Assembly (NCBI RefSeq): GCF_009914755.1
Contig: NC_060947.1
Length of the DNA stretch: 64,000 nucleotides
DNA from: the human T2T-CHM13v2.0 reference genome, Homo sapiens
Strand: one strand, 5' to 3'
The notes below the pieces were generated by a model. It did no database searches and was not told the DNA's origin. It saw only the letters and a list, made by a program, of their open reading frames with translations. Shown in pieces: positions 1 through 15,100 of the stretch. Position numbers and translations under genes: made by a program. Numbering within the stretch: position 1 is the stretch's first letter; each line of letters begins with the position of its first letter.

Positions 1-41
1 CCCAAAGTGTTGGGATTACAGGCGTGAGCCACCTACTGGCC
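1..41 (-). mobile_element. Alu 5' end (cut by window edge)
   Basis: cccaaagtgttgggattacaggcgtgagccacc. Confidence 0.9.
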
Positions 42-530
42 TCCTGGTATTTCTATAAAGCCTTCAGGGCAATCATTGAAATTACCTATTTTAGGGATCC
101 TGGAAAAGAACTGTACCTTGCAATGAGATTTAAGATATTGGTTTTAAGTTTGTAGATGTTACTGTTTAAGCAAATACTTTCCATGGAGTACCAAAGCATT
201 ACAATTAATTTGATGGTTTATAATAGGAATAAGTGAAAATATAAAAATTAGCTATGAGCATAGCACTTTCATTTTATATAATTTTTAAATAATTAAAAAT
301 CTGTGTATTTCTTGAATTTATATAATACTTTACGCTTTCATACACATTATAAATTATGTATCAGTTTCCCTTTTAGAAATGAAACTCTTATTTCTAATTA
401 TTTATAAAATGCTATAAGGCATCTGGAAAAAATTACAGTACTACTGATAAGCATTCAATTAGCCCAATTTTCTGACCTGCACTTTGGAAGCTGAGCTGTT
501 CCAAATCTTCAGAGCCTTTTCCTTCCTCCA

Positions 531-531
<1 letters not shown>

Positions 532-566
<35 letters not shown>
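532..566. repeat. A35 homopolymer
   Basis: 35 uninterrupted A. Confidence 0.95.
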
Positions 567-569
<3 letters not shown>

Positions 570-2159
570 GTTGATATAAATGTTAATGAAGGTATTGATT
601 CATTTTTTAAAAATAATATATTTAATTCAAAATGGAAAACAAGGCACAGGAAAGACCTTAATGTTCTGAATCATTTCCGGTAAAAAAAAAAAGATACATA
701 TTACTATTTTAAATATTGCAAGAGAAATTCAAAAGAAGAAAGAATCCTTGACAACTGGTTCTCATCTTGCACATCCATTCTGTGCATCTGGGGAGCTCCA
801 ATACATAAGTATACGTTGCTGGGAGCTAGGAGAGGCTGGTATTTACATTCAGATTTAAGGGAAGTATTGCCAACCCTTTGCAATCTGTTACCTATGCTTC
901 TCTCCTTTGTGGGATTTCTCTTCTGTAAAAGCTGAAATTCACACTAATCCTGAGCGATTATGCCATTTTAATGAGCAGTACCTGCTTTGATGAAGGTAAA
1001 AAAGAAATTGGAAAGGTTATTAAAAAGCTGCAATTTATTTATCAGCTTTGATGAAGAGAAAAGAAAGGATCTGTTCCTTTAACAGAACAAAAAGATCGTA
1101 TATACTCAAAGATCAGGTAAGGGAGAAAGGAGACTTAAGGAAGCAAAGCAAATGAAGCCTTTCCATTGTGTGGCAGAATTACCTGACAAGGGACCTCTTT
1201 GCAGACATTGAATTGTTCCTAATGATGTGAATAATTTACTCCAGCCTCCCAAGGAATAATAGAGTGACTTTCATGTCTCTTACAATCAGAGTTATTAATT
1301 AGACAGCAGGTTCAAGGAGCAGCTCAAATAAAGAATCTTTGCATTCTGTGATCTGTCTGGGGTACTGTCTCAAAACTAACAAATCATCTCTCCACTGAGG
1401 TGCTATTCAGATTTTCTATGCCTTACCTTGCTTCCTCATCAACCCCTTATCTTGGATTAGATCCTTAAGGCTTGGATTTTTCATTTCCTTTGGTTGACAA
1501 GGTTCCTGACCTTGGTCAGTCCAGTACTGGCCCTATACTTCTGCGTAGGTGCAAGACTTTGAAACACACTTATACCCTACTGAGCCAGTACCCTACTGTT
1601 GACGTCACTTCTATAGAACACTGACAGCTGAAAGGGACTCCACCCTACTACATGACATCCGTTATGGAAATGTCTCTGAAGTGCATCATTATGTAGTATA
1701 TTTGCAAAGCCACATTTAAAAAGGAAATATATAAAAAGAAAATTATAATCCTCAAAAGGCCACCTGTTAAAGTAACTTTATAAAAGGACTTGAAAAAGCA
1801 AAAGATTAGGGCAAGTCATTTTGCTGTTGCAGGGCTCAGTTTTACTCATCTGTACTGTGAGGGAAGTGGTCTATAATATTCCTTCTAATACAAATATCCC
1901 ATGGTTTTAATTATCAAATTATTTTACTTTTAAAATTTGATGCTTCAAAAGACCCTAAATTAAGTAAAATTGAATGAAATGCCAGCCGTATGCTTTGAGT
2001 GTTTTTCTTTTTATAACACATTAAATTTAGAATAAATTTAATTGGTTTAAAACTACCCCTCTAAAATGGTTTATGTGACCCATAATTCAGAGTTTATCAG
2101 GTAGAATAAGTTGGGCTATAATCATGTATTTTCTAAAAAAAAAAAAAACTGGATAAATT

Positions 2160-2609
<450 letters not shown>

Positions 2610-2684
2610 TTAAGCCTGCCTTTTAATACCATCTTCTGCTATTTTCTCATACCATATATTCTAATACAATATCTTCTAATATTG

Positions 2685-2748
2685 TCATCTAGGTAATTAG
2701 GTTTCAGCATATGAATTTTGCGGGAACATAAACATTCAGACCATAGCA
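2685..2748 (-). mobile_element. MaLR (MST/MLT1-type) LTR end fragment
   Basis: atgaattttgcgggaacataaacattcagaccatagca resembles a MaLR LTR terminus. Confidence 0.55.
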
Positions 2749-2919
2749 TGTAATAAAACATACGTGCTTATCTAAGAGATTTATCACCAGCGAGCCAACC
2801 ATTTTTTCAAGGAAGTGAGAAGAAAGGTGCAATCAATAATAGTGTTCCTTTGCCTTATTTTTTTAGATAAAAGTACAGTGAATGCTTCCTGTAAAATCCT
2901 TTGGTTCTAATCACAAACT

Positions 2920-3150
2920 GTAGAGTCAGACAAGAGATGGAATCATCCCACACACTCAGACATCTCAGCTCCTGCATTACCAGCAAAATGATCTTGGGCA
3001 AAAGTTACTTATTCCTTAAATCTTAGTTTTCTCATCTGAAAATGGGAAAAATAATGCTTTCGTTAATGAGATAGTTATTAGCATTAAATGAGATCATGTA
3101 TATAAAGTTTCTAGTACAAGGCCTAGAAGAAGCTCAATAAGCAGTAGTTA
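2920..3150 (+). mobile_element. MIR
   Basis: Core tgatcttgggcaaaagttactt...ttttctcatctgaaaatggg...gctcaataa. Confidence 0.8.
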
Positions 3151-3425
3151 TAGTAGTTGCCATTTTATTCCTCTTCACTCCCTCCCACCCGCAAATTCGG
3201 CCATTGTGATTACATTCAAATTTGAAAGGCAAAAAAGAAGACAGAGTAGACAGCCATCCCATCAGTTGCTTGGTATGAAAGATTGTGAAGACCTAAGATT
3301 GTAATAATGAAAGAGTGCTAATTTCAATCTGTTTCATATCATCAGTCATAAACCAACTCCTAAATACCTCTTTGAGAACACAGCTCCATCCAGATGACAA
3401 GATCATATTGGAGCAAGAACAGTAA

Positions 3426-4733
<1,308 letters not shown>

Positions 4734-5550
4734 ACTTAGGATAATCTTAGGCATATGATCGCATTTCACGTGGCGTCCTTTCCAGAGGACTCCCAAATAT
4801 TTAAAACTTTTTATAAAGCCTTAATTAAACATAGTTTTAGGCCTACCCTATTCCAACCACCAAATGGGATTTAAGCTATGATAATGTTGCTCAGTGTATG
4901 AAAGGGAATGCCTCCCTGAATGAACAACTTTACATTCTATTTTCACCCTTGTTCAGGTGAATCTATGGCATTGATAAAGAAACAAACCAGTGAAAACATT
5001 ATTGGTTCTGAATTACCAAAGAGATGTGTGTTGATTCAGAATGAAACTTCTTATCCTGAAACCTTCTGTGACACTTCCTAAGGAATTTCTTGGTTACTTA
5101 AACCAAATGTCCAATTATCTTTATAACCGCAAGTATTTATGAAAACTGTGGCATGATTTAAATACCTCGACCAATTTAGTCATATGGTGATTCAAACCTT
5201 TTTAAAAGTATCAGAGAAGCACTAGATCACCTTTTACTGCCTAGGTTCCGTTTCTGGCTGATTTGATTTGTTTGAAATTTTTTTTTTTTGTAATGTTTAA
5301 TTTACATCTCTTTTGTAGTAAGTTAAAGCACTATGTTATTCTTTCAGTGACAGTGACAAAAATGGGAACATGCTAACCAAGAAGTGGATGAATTTATCTC
5401 CCAAGGCCCTTTTGATTGCATGAGTTTAGTTTCTTCCTTGCAATTACAGATCCTTTCATATCATATCCTCATTAGTATGGTTTTCCTTGTGCTTAATAGC
5501 CTAATTCTGTCAATCTCCTTCTCTTTTTGAATAGCAGCTATATAGAGATA

Positions 5551-5966
5551 TGTTAAATCAAACTAAAATTTGGCCTGAGAAAGTCTTTGTACTTGTACAC
5601 TCGAATTCTTAAGTATAAACTGCAACCTAACTTAGTAGGTAAACAAACTGAAAACCTAATTTAGGAGTAGGCTTCTATAACAATAGCTGAGTCTCAGCCA
5701 ATCACAGCCGCCATACTTAAACAACCACTCACAGGCAGCCAGCTGTTCAAACCCTGCTCAAATAAGGCAAAGGCCCAGCTGTTTCTGCACTCGCTTCTGT
5801 TTTCTGTATGTCATTTTCCTGATTCTGTCCATAAATCTCCTCTGACCATGGGGCAGCCCCAGAATCTCTGAATCTGTTCTGATTCTGGGAGCTGGCTAAT
5901 TCTCGAATCGTTTTTGTTTTTCTTGCTCAGTTAAATTCTGTTAATTTTAACTTGCCTAAAGTAACA
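5551..5966 (+). mobile_element. ERV1 solo LTR, MER57/MER93-like
   Basis: TGTTAAA...TAACA termini; 4-bp TSD gata/gatc; internal gccaatcacag and caaataaggcaaa motifs. Confidence 0.8.
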
Positions 5967-5969
5967 GAT

Positions 5970-6291
5970 CTAATTCGCATACCATATAGATCACCAATTA
6001 AAATTGTACAATTCGATAGTTTTAAATTTATTCATATAGTTACGCAACCGCCACTACAATCTATTTTAGAATATTTTCGTTACCCCAAAAAGGAACCCTA
6101 CTAGCAGTCACTCCTCATTTCCCCCCAATTGCCCATACCCCCAGTCCTAGGCAACCACTAATCTACTTTCTGTCTCTATGGATTTTTCCCTTTTTGTACA
6201 TTTTATATAAATGGAATCATACAATATGTGGTCTTTTGTTACTGGCCTCTTTTCACTTAGCATAATGTTTTCAAGGTTCATCCATGGTGTC
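5970..6291 (-). mobile_element. L1M (L1MB-type) 3' end fragment
   Basis: ggcaaccactaatctactttctgtctctatgg...cttagcataatgttttcaaggttcatccatg. Confidence 0.85.
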
Positions 6292-6412
6292 ACACTGTCA
6301 ATCTCTTTTTAAAGTCATTATTTTGCATACTTAGTAAACACAGACCCAAATATTTAACTATAAGCATTCTTGGTAGAATAAACAGTTATAGCATTTAAAT
6401 ATCTGATCATAT

Positions 6413-6430
6413 TCTCTCTCTTTCTCTCTG

Positions 6431-6462
<32 letters not shown>
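6413..6462. repeat. (CT)n(CA)n compound microsatellite
   Basis: Read directly. Confidence 0.9.
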
Positions 6463-6463
<1 letters not shown>

Positions 6464-6915
6464 TAATGCAGGTAGACACTCATAAATTTACCAAAATTTG
6501 GCCTCACATATTCAGAAATCAGTTAAACGCAATAGACTGGACATGACTGTTTCTTTAGAAGTCTGGCTAGTGCTGTGGAGAATTATGGATAACCCTTATA
6601 AATTTTAAAATGTGCGCTACAATTTATTCTGCAGGGTTGTTTGTATATGTTTAAAAGACTTTTTTCATAGGAAGCCTCCAATATTTCAAATTACATTCTA
6701 ATAAAGGTTGAGGTTGAATATTTCACCAAAAAGAATGCTTTATAGCCCAGACACACAAAATGATAACATCAAGTTGTACGTGCTAGTGCACTCACCTACC
6801 TTAAATTCTGTGTAAGTTACAGGCATGTTATTAATAATACTTCCTTAAAAGCAAAATGTGATATGTGCCAATTAATTATGTAAATCTCATTGAGGGAAGG
6901 ATTATTATGGCTCTA

Positions 6916-7257
<342 letters not shown>

Positions 7258-7340
7258 CAAAATTACTGTAACTAAAAGCAAGACCTTCTGTAACTTGGCA
7301 GTTTAATTAATGTAAGACAAGAAAGATTCACAAGTCTTTT

Positions 7341-8019
<679 letters not shown>

Positions 8020-8233
8020 TAATCACTAAAGTAAGTGTTAAAAAAATATATTTTCTCTTTTAAAAAGATTACGTTAGTGAGATCCCAAGCAATCTTCCTT
8101 CCCATTGATGTTATCACTGCACCTTTGTGGTAGGCAAATCCTCAGTTTTTCTTTTGCAGATAAGGAAGTAGAAGCCTGGAAAGAAAGCCCAAACTCAGAA
8201 ACTTACCTAAAGCGCTCCCATTTTGCTTTCTTA

Positions 8234-8883
8234 TGTTAAATTAAGTTTAGCCTGGTTGGGTGTGGTGGCTCAGGCCTCTAATCCCAGTAGTTTGGGAGGC
8301 CCAGGCAGGTGGATCACTTGAGCCCAGGCGTTCAAGTCCAGCCTGGACAACATGGCAAAACCGCGTCTCTACCACAAAAAAAAATTAGTTGGGTGTGGTG
8401 GCACGAGCCTGTAGTCCCAGCTGCTTGGGAGACTTGCGGTGTGAGAATCACCTGAGCCTGGGAAATTGAGGCTTCAGTGAGCCATGATCGTGCCACTGCA
8501 CTCCAACCTGGGTGACAGAGCGAGACCCTGCCAAAAAAAAAAAACAGTATTTCCATACATAGTGAACTGTAACCTAAACAGATGTGTAAACACACTGTAA
8601 CCCTCACTTGTAAAAATTACTGAGTTTTGGCCAATAAAAGCAGCCAATTGTTCAAATTGAGTTCAAATAAAGCAAATGCCAAGGTGTAACCAATCCAGCT
8701 ATTGCTGTACCCCACTTCCATTTTCTGTATGTCACTTTTCTTTTTCTGTCCATAAATTCTCTATGAACATGTGGCAGCACCAGAGTCTCTCTGCACCTAG
8801 TCTGGTTTGGGGTGGCTGCCCCATCGTTCATTGCTCAATTAAACTATGTTAAATTTAATTTGTCTGAAGTTTTTCTTTTATCA
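8234..8883 (+). mobile_element. MER57-family ERV1 solo LTR interrupted by AluJ (8254-8545, +)
   Basis: TGTTAAATTAAGTTTAGCCT start; TTTTATCA end; TSD ctta/cttc. Confidence 0.85.
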
Positions 8884-10176
8884 CTTCCTAGGAATGAAAA
8901 TGGTTTTCATTTCTACTTGCCTATATCAAGTCTTACCCATCTTTGTCAAGCCTAGCTCAAGTTCCATTGCACAAAGGATGCCTTCTACAACTGCTTTAGC
9001 CCTATTATTCTCATTCTTTTCAGCCTACCTACGGTGCTTCTTATATATTCTATCTTGAATTGTTTTCTCATTATTACAGTTATGTGGACTTTGATCTTGA
9101 ATTAATATTAGACTATTAATTCGTTGTGTTTTGAGACCATACTTTTTCTATGTTGCTTATAATAGTTATCTGATTGATTAATTAGATATTTAACACCCAG
9201 AAAGTCGGGAGAGGGGAGGGTGACACTTTAATTTTGAGCATTTCCAGTGATGATAGTGATCTTTGTTAAATCTATATATTATAAAGTCCATACTGATTAA
9301 ATATGTCCTAATCCTATTAAAGAGACTTCAATTAATTTTTTGTTTTTTATTTTTTAATTTTCTTATTCTCAGATACTGATAATTTTTTTTTTAACAAGTG
9401 AAAATCTGAAATAAGCTTGGACATGTCAGAGTAATTTCTTTATGTGAATGTGCGTGTAAGATAGTTGGCCTGCATTAGCAGGCATTCACATTCATAATAA
9501 TCTTTAGGTTTGAAAAATATTTGACAATTGCCTATTCACTATTAATATTCATGTCCTATACATGTGTACATTTTGAGTTGGAAACATAAAAACACTCCAC
9601 TAATAAACAGTGGTAATAACTGTTCAAATCTGTATCCTATGGATCAAAAAAAAATTAATAATTGTCCAGGTCTTCCAAGATTTCCTCTATGCCAAATATT
9701 TTAAGTATGAGAGAAACCTTTAAAATCATACTTAATTTTAATAAAAATGTCATCTCACAGCACACTGAATAAAAAGAGGGATTAGGATCAATCCAAGAAC
9801 CTAAAATATCACAACATGGAATAGAATTATCCATGAATTAAAAAGATGATTTAAAAAAGGATAATTCCTTGAAAATAATGTGATAAAATAAAATACAATT
9901 AATTAAAACAGATTAGTACACAATTTTACATTTAGAGACTGAGAAAACAATTAGGTGTGTTAGAAAAATGATTTAGTATTGAACTGATCAAGATTCTTTA
10001 AGTTATTCCTGGCTTATATAAAGTTTATGCAGCAAAATCATTTTTTAATAGACTACAGAAAGGAGGTTTTAAAAAAAATGATAAAAATTATCTCAGACGG
10101 GGTGAGGAAAAAGAAGAAAAAATAAAATAAAATAAAATAAAATAAAATAAAAAATGGATAAAAAGTTCAAGCCAGT

Positions 10177-10557
<381 letters not shown>

Positions 10558-11569
10558 TCAGGGAAAATTTTAGACTATGTACACATAATACATTGTGAGC
10601 TAGACTGGGGAGAGTGTTGGGCAGAACAATAGGAAAAAGAGCAAGAAAAAGGGGGATGTGCGTATCAAAAGGAGGAAAGAAAAGTAGTTTGGACAGACAA
10701 AAAACCTAAGAGAGATATTGGCGCCTTCTTATGATATCAGCGGAGGACAGGAAGAATAAATGGTTTTCAAAATTTTGTGATATTGACTTTAAGTGATTTA
10801 TTACAAAGGCATTAGGATCGAAAATTGGAAATGGAAGGAAAGGTAAAAACTCTTAGGTTACTGATTCACAAGGTCTGTGAGAATCCTATATATATTAATA
10901 GCTTTTTGTTGCTGTTGTTTAACAAGAATAGACATAAAATAACCATTGGTTCAGCAAACATTTACTGAACTCCTATGTGTCAGGCACTATGCAAGTCACT
11001 GTCAAAATAAATTAAAGCCTATAAGCAGGTGGAGGGAACCCTGACAAACATCTGTGCAGGCTTTTTGATACAGATAAGAAAACAATCAACTTTGGGTTAC
11101 TTCGTGAATGATCCTCTATGAGGTAAATTGATGGCATGAAAAATTATAAAGAAATGCTGTTTAAGAGCTTTGAGCCTGAGGATCCTTTCTTCCAGCAAAA
11201 TGCTAAATTTGAAAAGATCCTTTAGATTCTGGGCAACACAAAGGTAGCTTAGTTACATCAAACTGGCTGGGTATCTTAATAGTATTCATTAAAATGGAGT
11301 TCTACCTGGATTATATAGTGGAGCTTGTTAAACAGGAATCTCAGCTAGCATCCAAATAGGTGCTTCTGTGTTTAGGGTGTGTTTTATCTGTTGGAAAGTT
11401 ACTGAGGCAATGAGAACTAATGCCATCAGCTAGGTACACTGCAGCTTTGAAACTATGGACTATTGCATTTCAATTAAAATGACATTTCTTGACTGAATTC
11501 TGACATCCTCAGTGATAGTGGTGAATGAAGACTTTTATCAAAGTATAGATTCTATTAAGCTTTTAAAAA

Positions 11570-11708
11570 ATTTTATTAATTTTTTTTGTAGAGATGAGGT
11601 CTTGCTATGTTGTCCAGGCTGGTCTTGAACTCCTGGCCTCATGCAATCCTCCCACTGCACAGCCTCCCAAAGTGCTGGATTACAGGCGTGAGCTACCCTA
11701 CTCGGACC
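11570..11708 (-). mobile_element. FLAM (free left Alu monomer)
   Basis: Left monomer only; flanking taagctttt repeat. Confidence 0.85.
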
Positions 11709-13427
11709 AATGTAAGCTTTTTTGAATTAAAAACAGGAACTGTAAATAGCATATACGTAGGATTCTTAATATTTTTACTTTAAATTCTAGAATTTGAAAA
11801 ATAAACTAAAATTGAATACAACGTAATTGAGACAAATATATCTGCACTGGAAAATTTAGCTTACAGAGTCCCTTCATGCTATTGCTCAGTCTGTAATTTT
11901 AAGTTTAAGAGCAGGTGGAAGCTCTTCAGCGGTGACCGACAGACACCATAAAAGGTAGAAAACTGAAAAAGCCTATTTCCTGTATCTAAAAATTTTTTGT
12001 AAAGAATTCCAGAAGTCACACCAAACCTTTGGCCAATTACTGAATGCTAGAAATCTCATTTGGGAGCTTACTGTAAATGTGTGTGGCAATGCACTGGCTC
12101 CATGTTCAATCCAACGCCAACATGTTGAAATCAGTATTTTTGTGCTGGCCCAAACCTGAACCAGTAGAAAATCTCCCATAACAGAAATTCAATGTTTGTG
12201 AAAGCATGATTGCCCTCCCATTTCTTTTTCACCTTCCTGTGCCTTTCATAAGTTCTTCCAGTTGGTTAATCATTAATTAATATTTAACAAGGCTTTTTCC
12301 TCGTGCCAAGTCCTCTGCTAGTCTAGCCTTTAGGCAATATATGAACTCCCCAAGTTCTTCCCTTTTAAGAAGCCTTGGCACTCACTACGGATTAATTTCT
12401 CTAAGGAAATTCATAATGGCAGATGAAATAGGGGTTCCTTTTCAAGAACATTCCATTTTAAAGCCTCTCAGCATTTTTTCCTGGTACATGTAAAATGCGA
12501 CTTAATTGAACTAATTTTAAATGTTGACAGAACTTTCCAAGCACACATTTCCTCAACAAAATGGTTACGACTGGAACAGGAAAGGGCTTAGACTTTTTCT
12601 TCTACAGCTATCCCACAAGTCAGTCTCTTGACCTGACCCTGCAAAATCCCTCAAACTCTGGCTCTCTGAGTTGATTTTGGATATACGATGAACCATAGGT
12701 TTGGAATGCAGATAACCTCCACGTGTATTAATGAAAGAGGTCAGCTATGACGTGGAAGCCATCTCCTGGGCAGAGAAGGAGAAGAAATGGCAGTCTGGGG
12801 AGTAGTAACATGTCTCCAAATTTTCTCTGGTGAAAGGAGACTGATGAGAATTGATACCCATTTCCGGTCAAAAGAGTGGAACCAATGTACTTCCAACCAC
12901 CTCCTCTCAACCCCTCTCCGCATGGACAAACATACCAGACAGGTGATGTGGGCTAACAATTTACTTGGCATGAGGCCAAAGGCTTGAGGGCCCTGCCCTG
13001 CCCATATTCTTCTCCCTTGACTTCTTAAGGAAAGGAATGATTGCTGATGTTTCCCTCTGCACCCTTTGGCACCTGGACTGATTGTTGCAGATGTAATTAG
13101 GAATGTTCCCCAACATGCCGTTATTCTTCTCACGATTCTGGGAGAAACTGTACCCCTCCCCCATAGACTTATATAGGTGGCATTCAAATTCTTGTTCCCA
13201 ACTTTTTCATCTGTTTATTAATCCCACAAGATTGTGTGAATGTGTACTCCGAGCCAGGCACGTTGGACTTCTAACTTCCTCTTAGCCCAAGTAGGAAGGG
13301 GAGACTCAGGCGCTGGGGACCATTCTCCTCTCCCTGCAGCAGAGTTGCAGTCCCTATCCCTCCTGGGTGCCCATCCCCGTGCCTATTTTCCTGGATCCCC
13401 ACCCAGTTGATGTGACAGGCTCGTGGC

Positions 13428-13520
13428 CCAATCCCCTTCCTGGTTCCCAGGCCGACTGCTAGCACCACCCGAGCCAATGGCGGCGGCCGAGGGGCGGAGG
13501 GGGCTGGCAGGAGGGGAGGG
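13428..13520 (+). promoter_or_regulatory. TATA-less core promoter: CCAAT boxes (13428-13432, 13474-13478) and GC box GGGGCGGAGG (13491-13500)
   Basis: Consensus NF-Y and SP/KLF motifs about 40-110 bp upstream of exon 1. Confidence 0.7.
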
Positions 13521-13538
13521 AGCGCTGGCTTTAGAGCC

Positions 13539-13625
13539 ACAGCTGCAAAGATTCCGAGGTGCAGAAGTTGTCTGAGTGCGTTGGTCGGCGGCAGTCGGGC
13601 CAGACCCAGGACTCTGCGACTTTAC
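13539..13625 (+). other. PLS3: PLS3 non-coding exon 1 (5' UTR); TSS approximate
   Basis: Lies in the CpG island downstream of CCAAT and GC boxes. Strong donor TTTAC|gtaagt at 13625/13626. The joined sequence GACTTTAC-ATCTTTAAATG matches my recollection of the PLS3 mRNA. Confidence 0.88.
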
Positions 13626-14599
13626 GTAAGTGCTTTGTAGGCGCCGGCGGGCACTAGGGGAGCGGGTTTCCTGGGCGTGGGCAGGAGTGGGTCCCGGGGA
13701 GAGCATCTCGGTTAAGCTCAGCAGGAACGTGCGGCGCACCGTGGGGCGGGGGTTGGGGGAGAGGGAGGTCGGAGAAATTTCAGTTGGAGCCCTCGGGCGC
13801 CCGGGCGATCGGTCGCAACCGAAATGGGTGTGAGTGACGGGGAGTTTCCCTACTAGCATCCGCCGCAGACACGTTTTCTGCACTTCACTGTATTAAGTGG
13901 TGTTTTCTTACTAGTTGCTCTTAACTTGTTGCCAGTCTTGGGCTGGAGTCCTAGACGCCAGCCCTTGCCCTGATTCCCCTCCGCGGCTGCGGCCCCGAAG
14001 TGGAAAGGGAGCGCACAACTTCCCTCTGTCGTCCTTCTCCAGCTACTGCCATCCCCTCTTCCCTCCCGCCCGGACTCAGGAAATCCCGGAGCCAGCAGCC
14101 TGCTACTCCTCCAGCCCCCACACGCCCGCCTCGGGTGACCTGGCTGGCTTAAGCCGACCCTGGGGCTCTGGAGAGGGGGGGCCGTGGCCGAGGGAAGGCA
14201 CGAGGTTTGGGTTGCCTGCCTTCTGCCTGCTTCCCTCCCTTGTCCTTAGCGAGGGCGTCGCGAACGCACCTAGTCTCCCTATGAGTAAGCACTTTTTTTC
14301 CTTTCAGTAGGAGAACATCTCTGGGCTAGTAGGACAGTACCTTTCCGTTCTCCCCTGGCCCCACACCCCCTGTCCTTTTTTCAGCTCCTTTGACTTTGCG
14401 GCCCCGGGCGCGCGGTCGGGGCGGCGGCAGTCCCGGACCTCTCCCGACTCTTGGAGAGAGAGAGGCAAAGGGGCGACGGGAGGGAGGTAATAGTCTACCC
14501 CCCCGCCCTTTCCCCGCACAGCTGCACTTGCCTGTGTTTACTTTTCTCCACCCGCAGTACTTAAGCGCTGTAATGAGAGGCCCGGGGACGCCGACCACC

Positions 14600-14686
14600 C
14601 CCGCCCTGGCTTCTCGCCAGTCCCAAAGTTGCTGCCGCCGTCGCTGCTCCAGTGTGCTGGCGGTTCCGACCGCCGGGCTCCGGGAC
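14600..14686 (+). other. PLS3: Candidate alternative first exon at 3' end of the CpG island (start uncertain)
   Basis: Donor GGGAC|gtaaga at 14686/14687, at the end of a CpG-dense block. Confidence 0.4.
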
Positions 14687-14768
14687 GTAAGATGATCCCA
14701 GCCCGGGAGGTGGAGTGGGGGTTAATGGCATCTGACTCTAGCCTTATGCGATGCTCCTTGCCTCTCAC

Positions 14769-15100
14769 CTGAGCTGCACGATATCCCCAGTGGTGCAGAA
14801 GGTTGAACTTTTGCAGAAGGTTGAGCTTGGAGCTAAGTGGGTTGGAGAGCCTCGCCATTTAGCGTCAGACAGACGGGATGCTGGGGGCGCCCGGCCTGTT
14901 AAGAGGGATTGGGAGGAGGGAAGGGAGCCTGGCTAACAGTAGGTAGAAAATGTAGGGAAAAGTAAAAACCATTGAGGGGCAAGCACTTACTCCACTTTGC
15001 TGGATGTCACAATGGACTGGGGAGCCTAAACTTGATCCTCGAGATGCAGTTCATGGTGAATTCCAACTAAGTGGCTGGAGCCCCACACATACCAGTTGGA
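14769..15100 (-). ncRNA. PLS3-AS1: 5' exons of an antisense lncRNA overlapping the PLS3 promoter (exons ~15100-14991 and 14895-14769)
   Basis: On the minus strand: donor GGA|GTAAGT (14991/14990), acceptor ctcccttccctcctcccaatccctcttaacag|G (14896/14895), donor CAG|GTGAGA (14769/14768). From memory, an antisense lncRNA is annotated at this locus. TSS is inferred. Confidence 0.55.

Larger units (their letters stand above)
13400..14900. promoter_or_regulatory. CpG island / PLS3 main promoter region
   Basis: Abrupt rise in GC content and CpG density, against an AT-rich, CpG-poor background elsewhere in the window. Confidence 0.92.

Noticed and set aside
984-1056. Direct repeat gctttgatgaag at 984 and 1045
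   Set aside because: Only two 12-bp copies; no array and no clear element between them.
12728-14936. Cluster of longer ORFs (up to 166 aa) over the promoter
   Set aside because: Expected from stop-codon depletion in GC-rich DNA; Pro/Arg/Gly-rich, overlapping in several frames, no recognisable domain.
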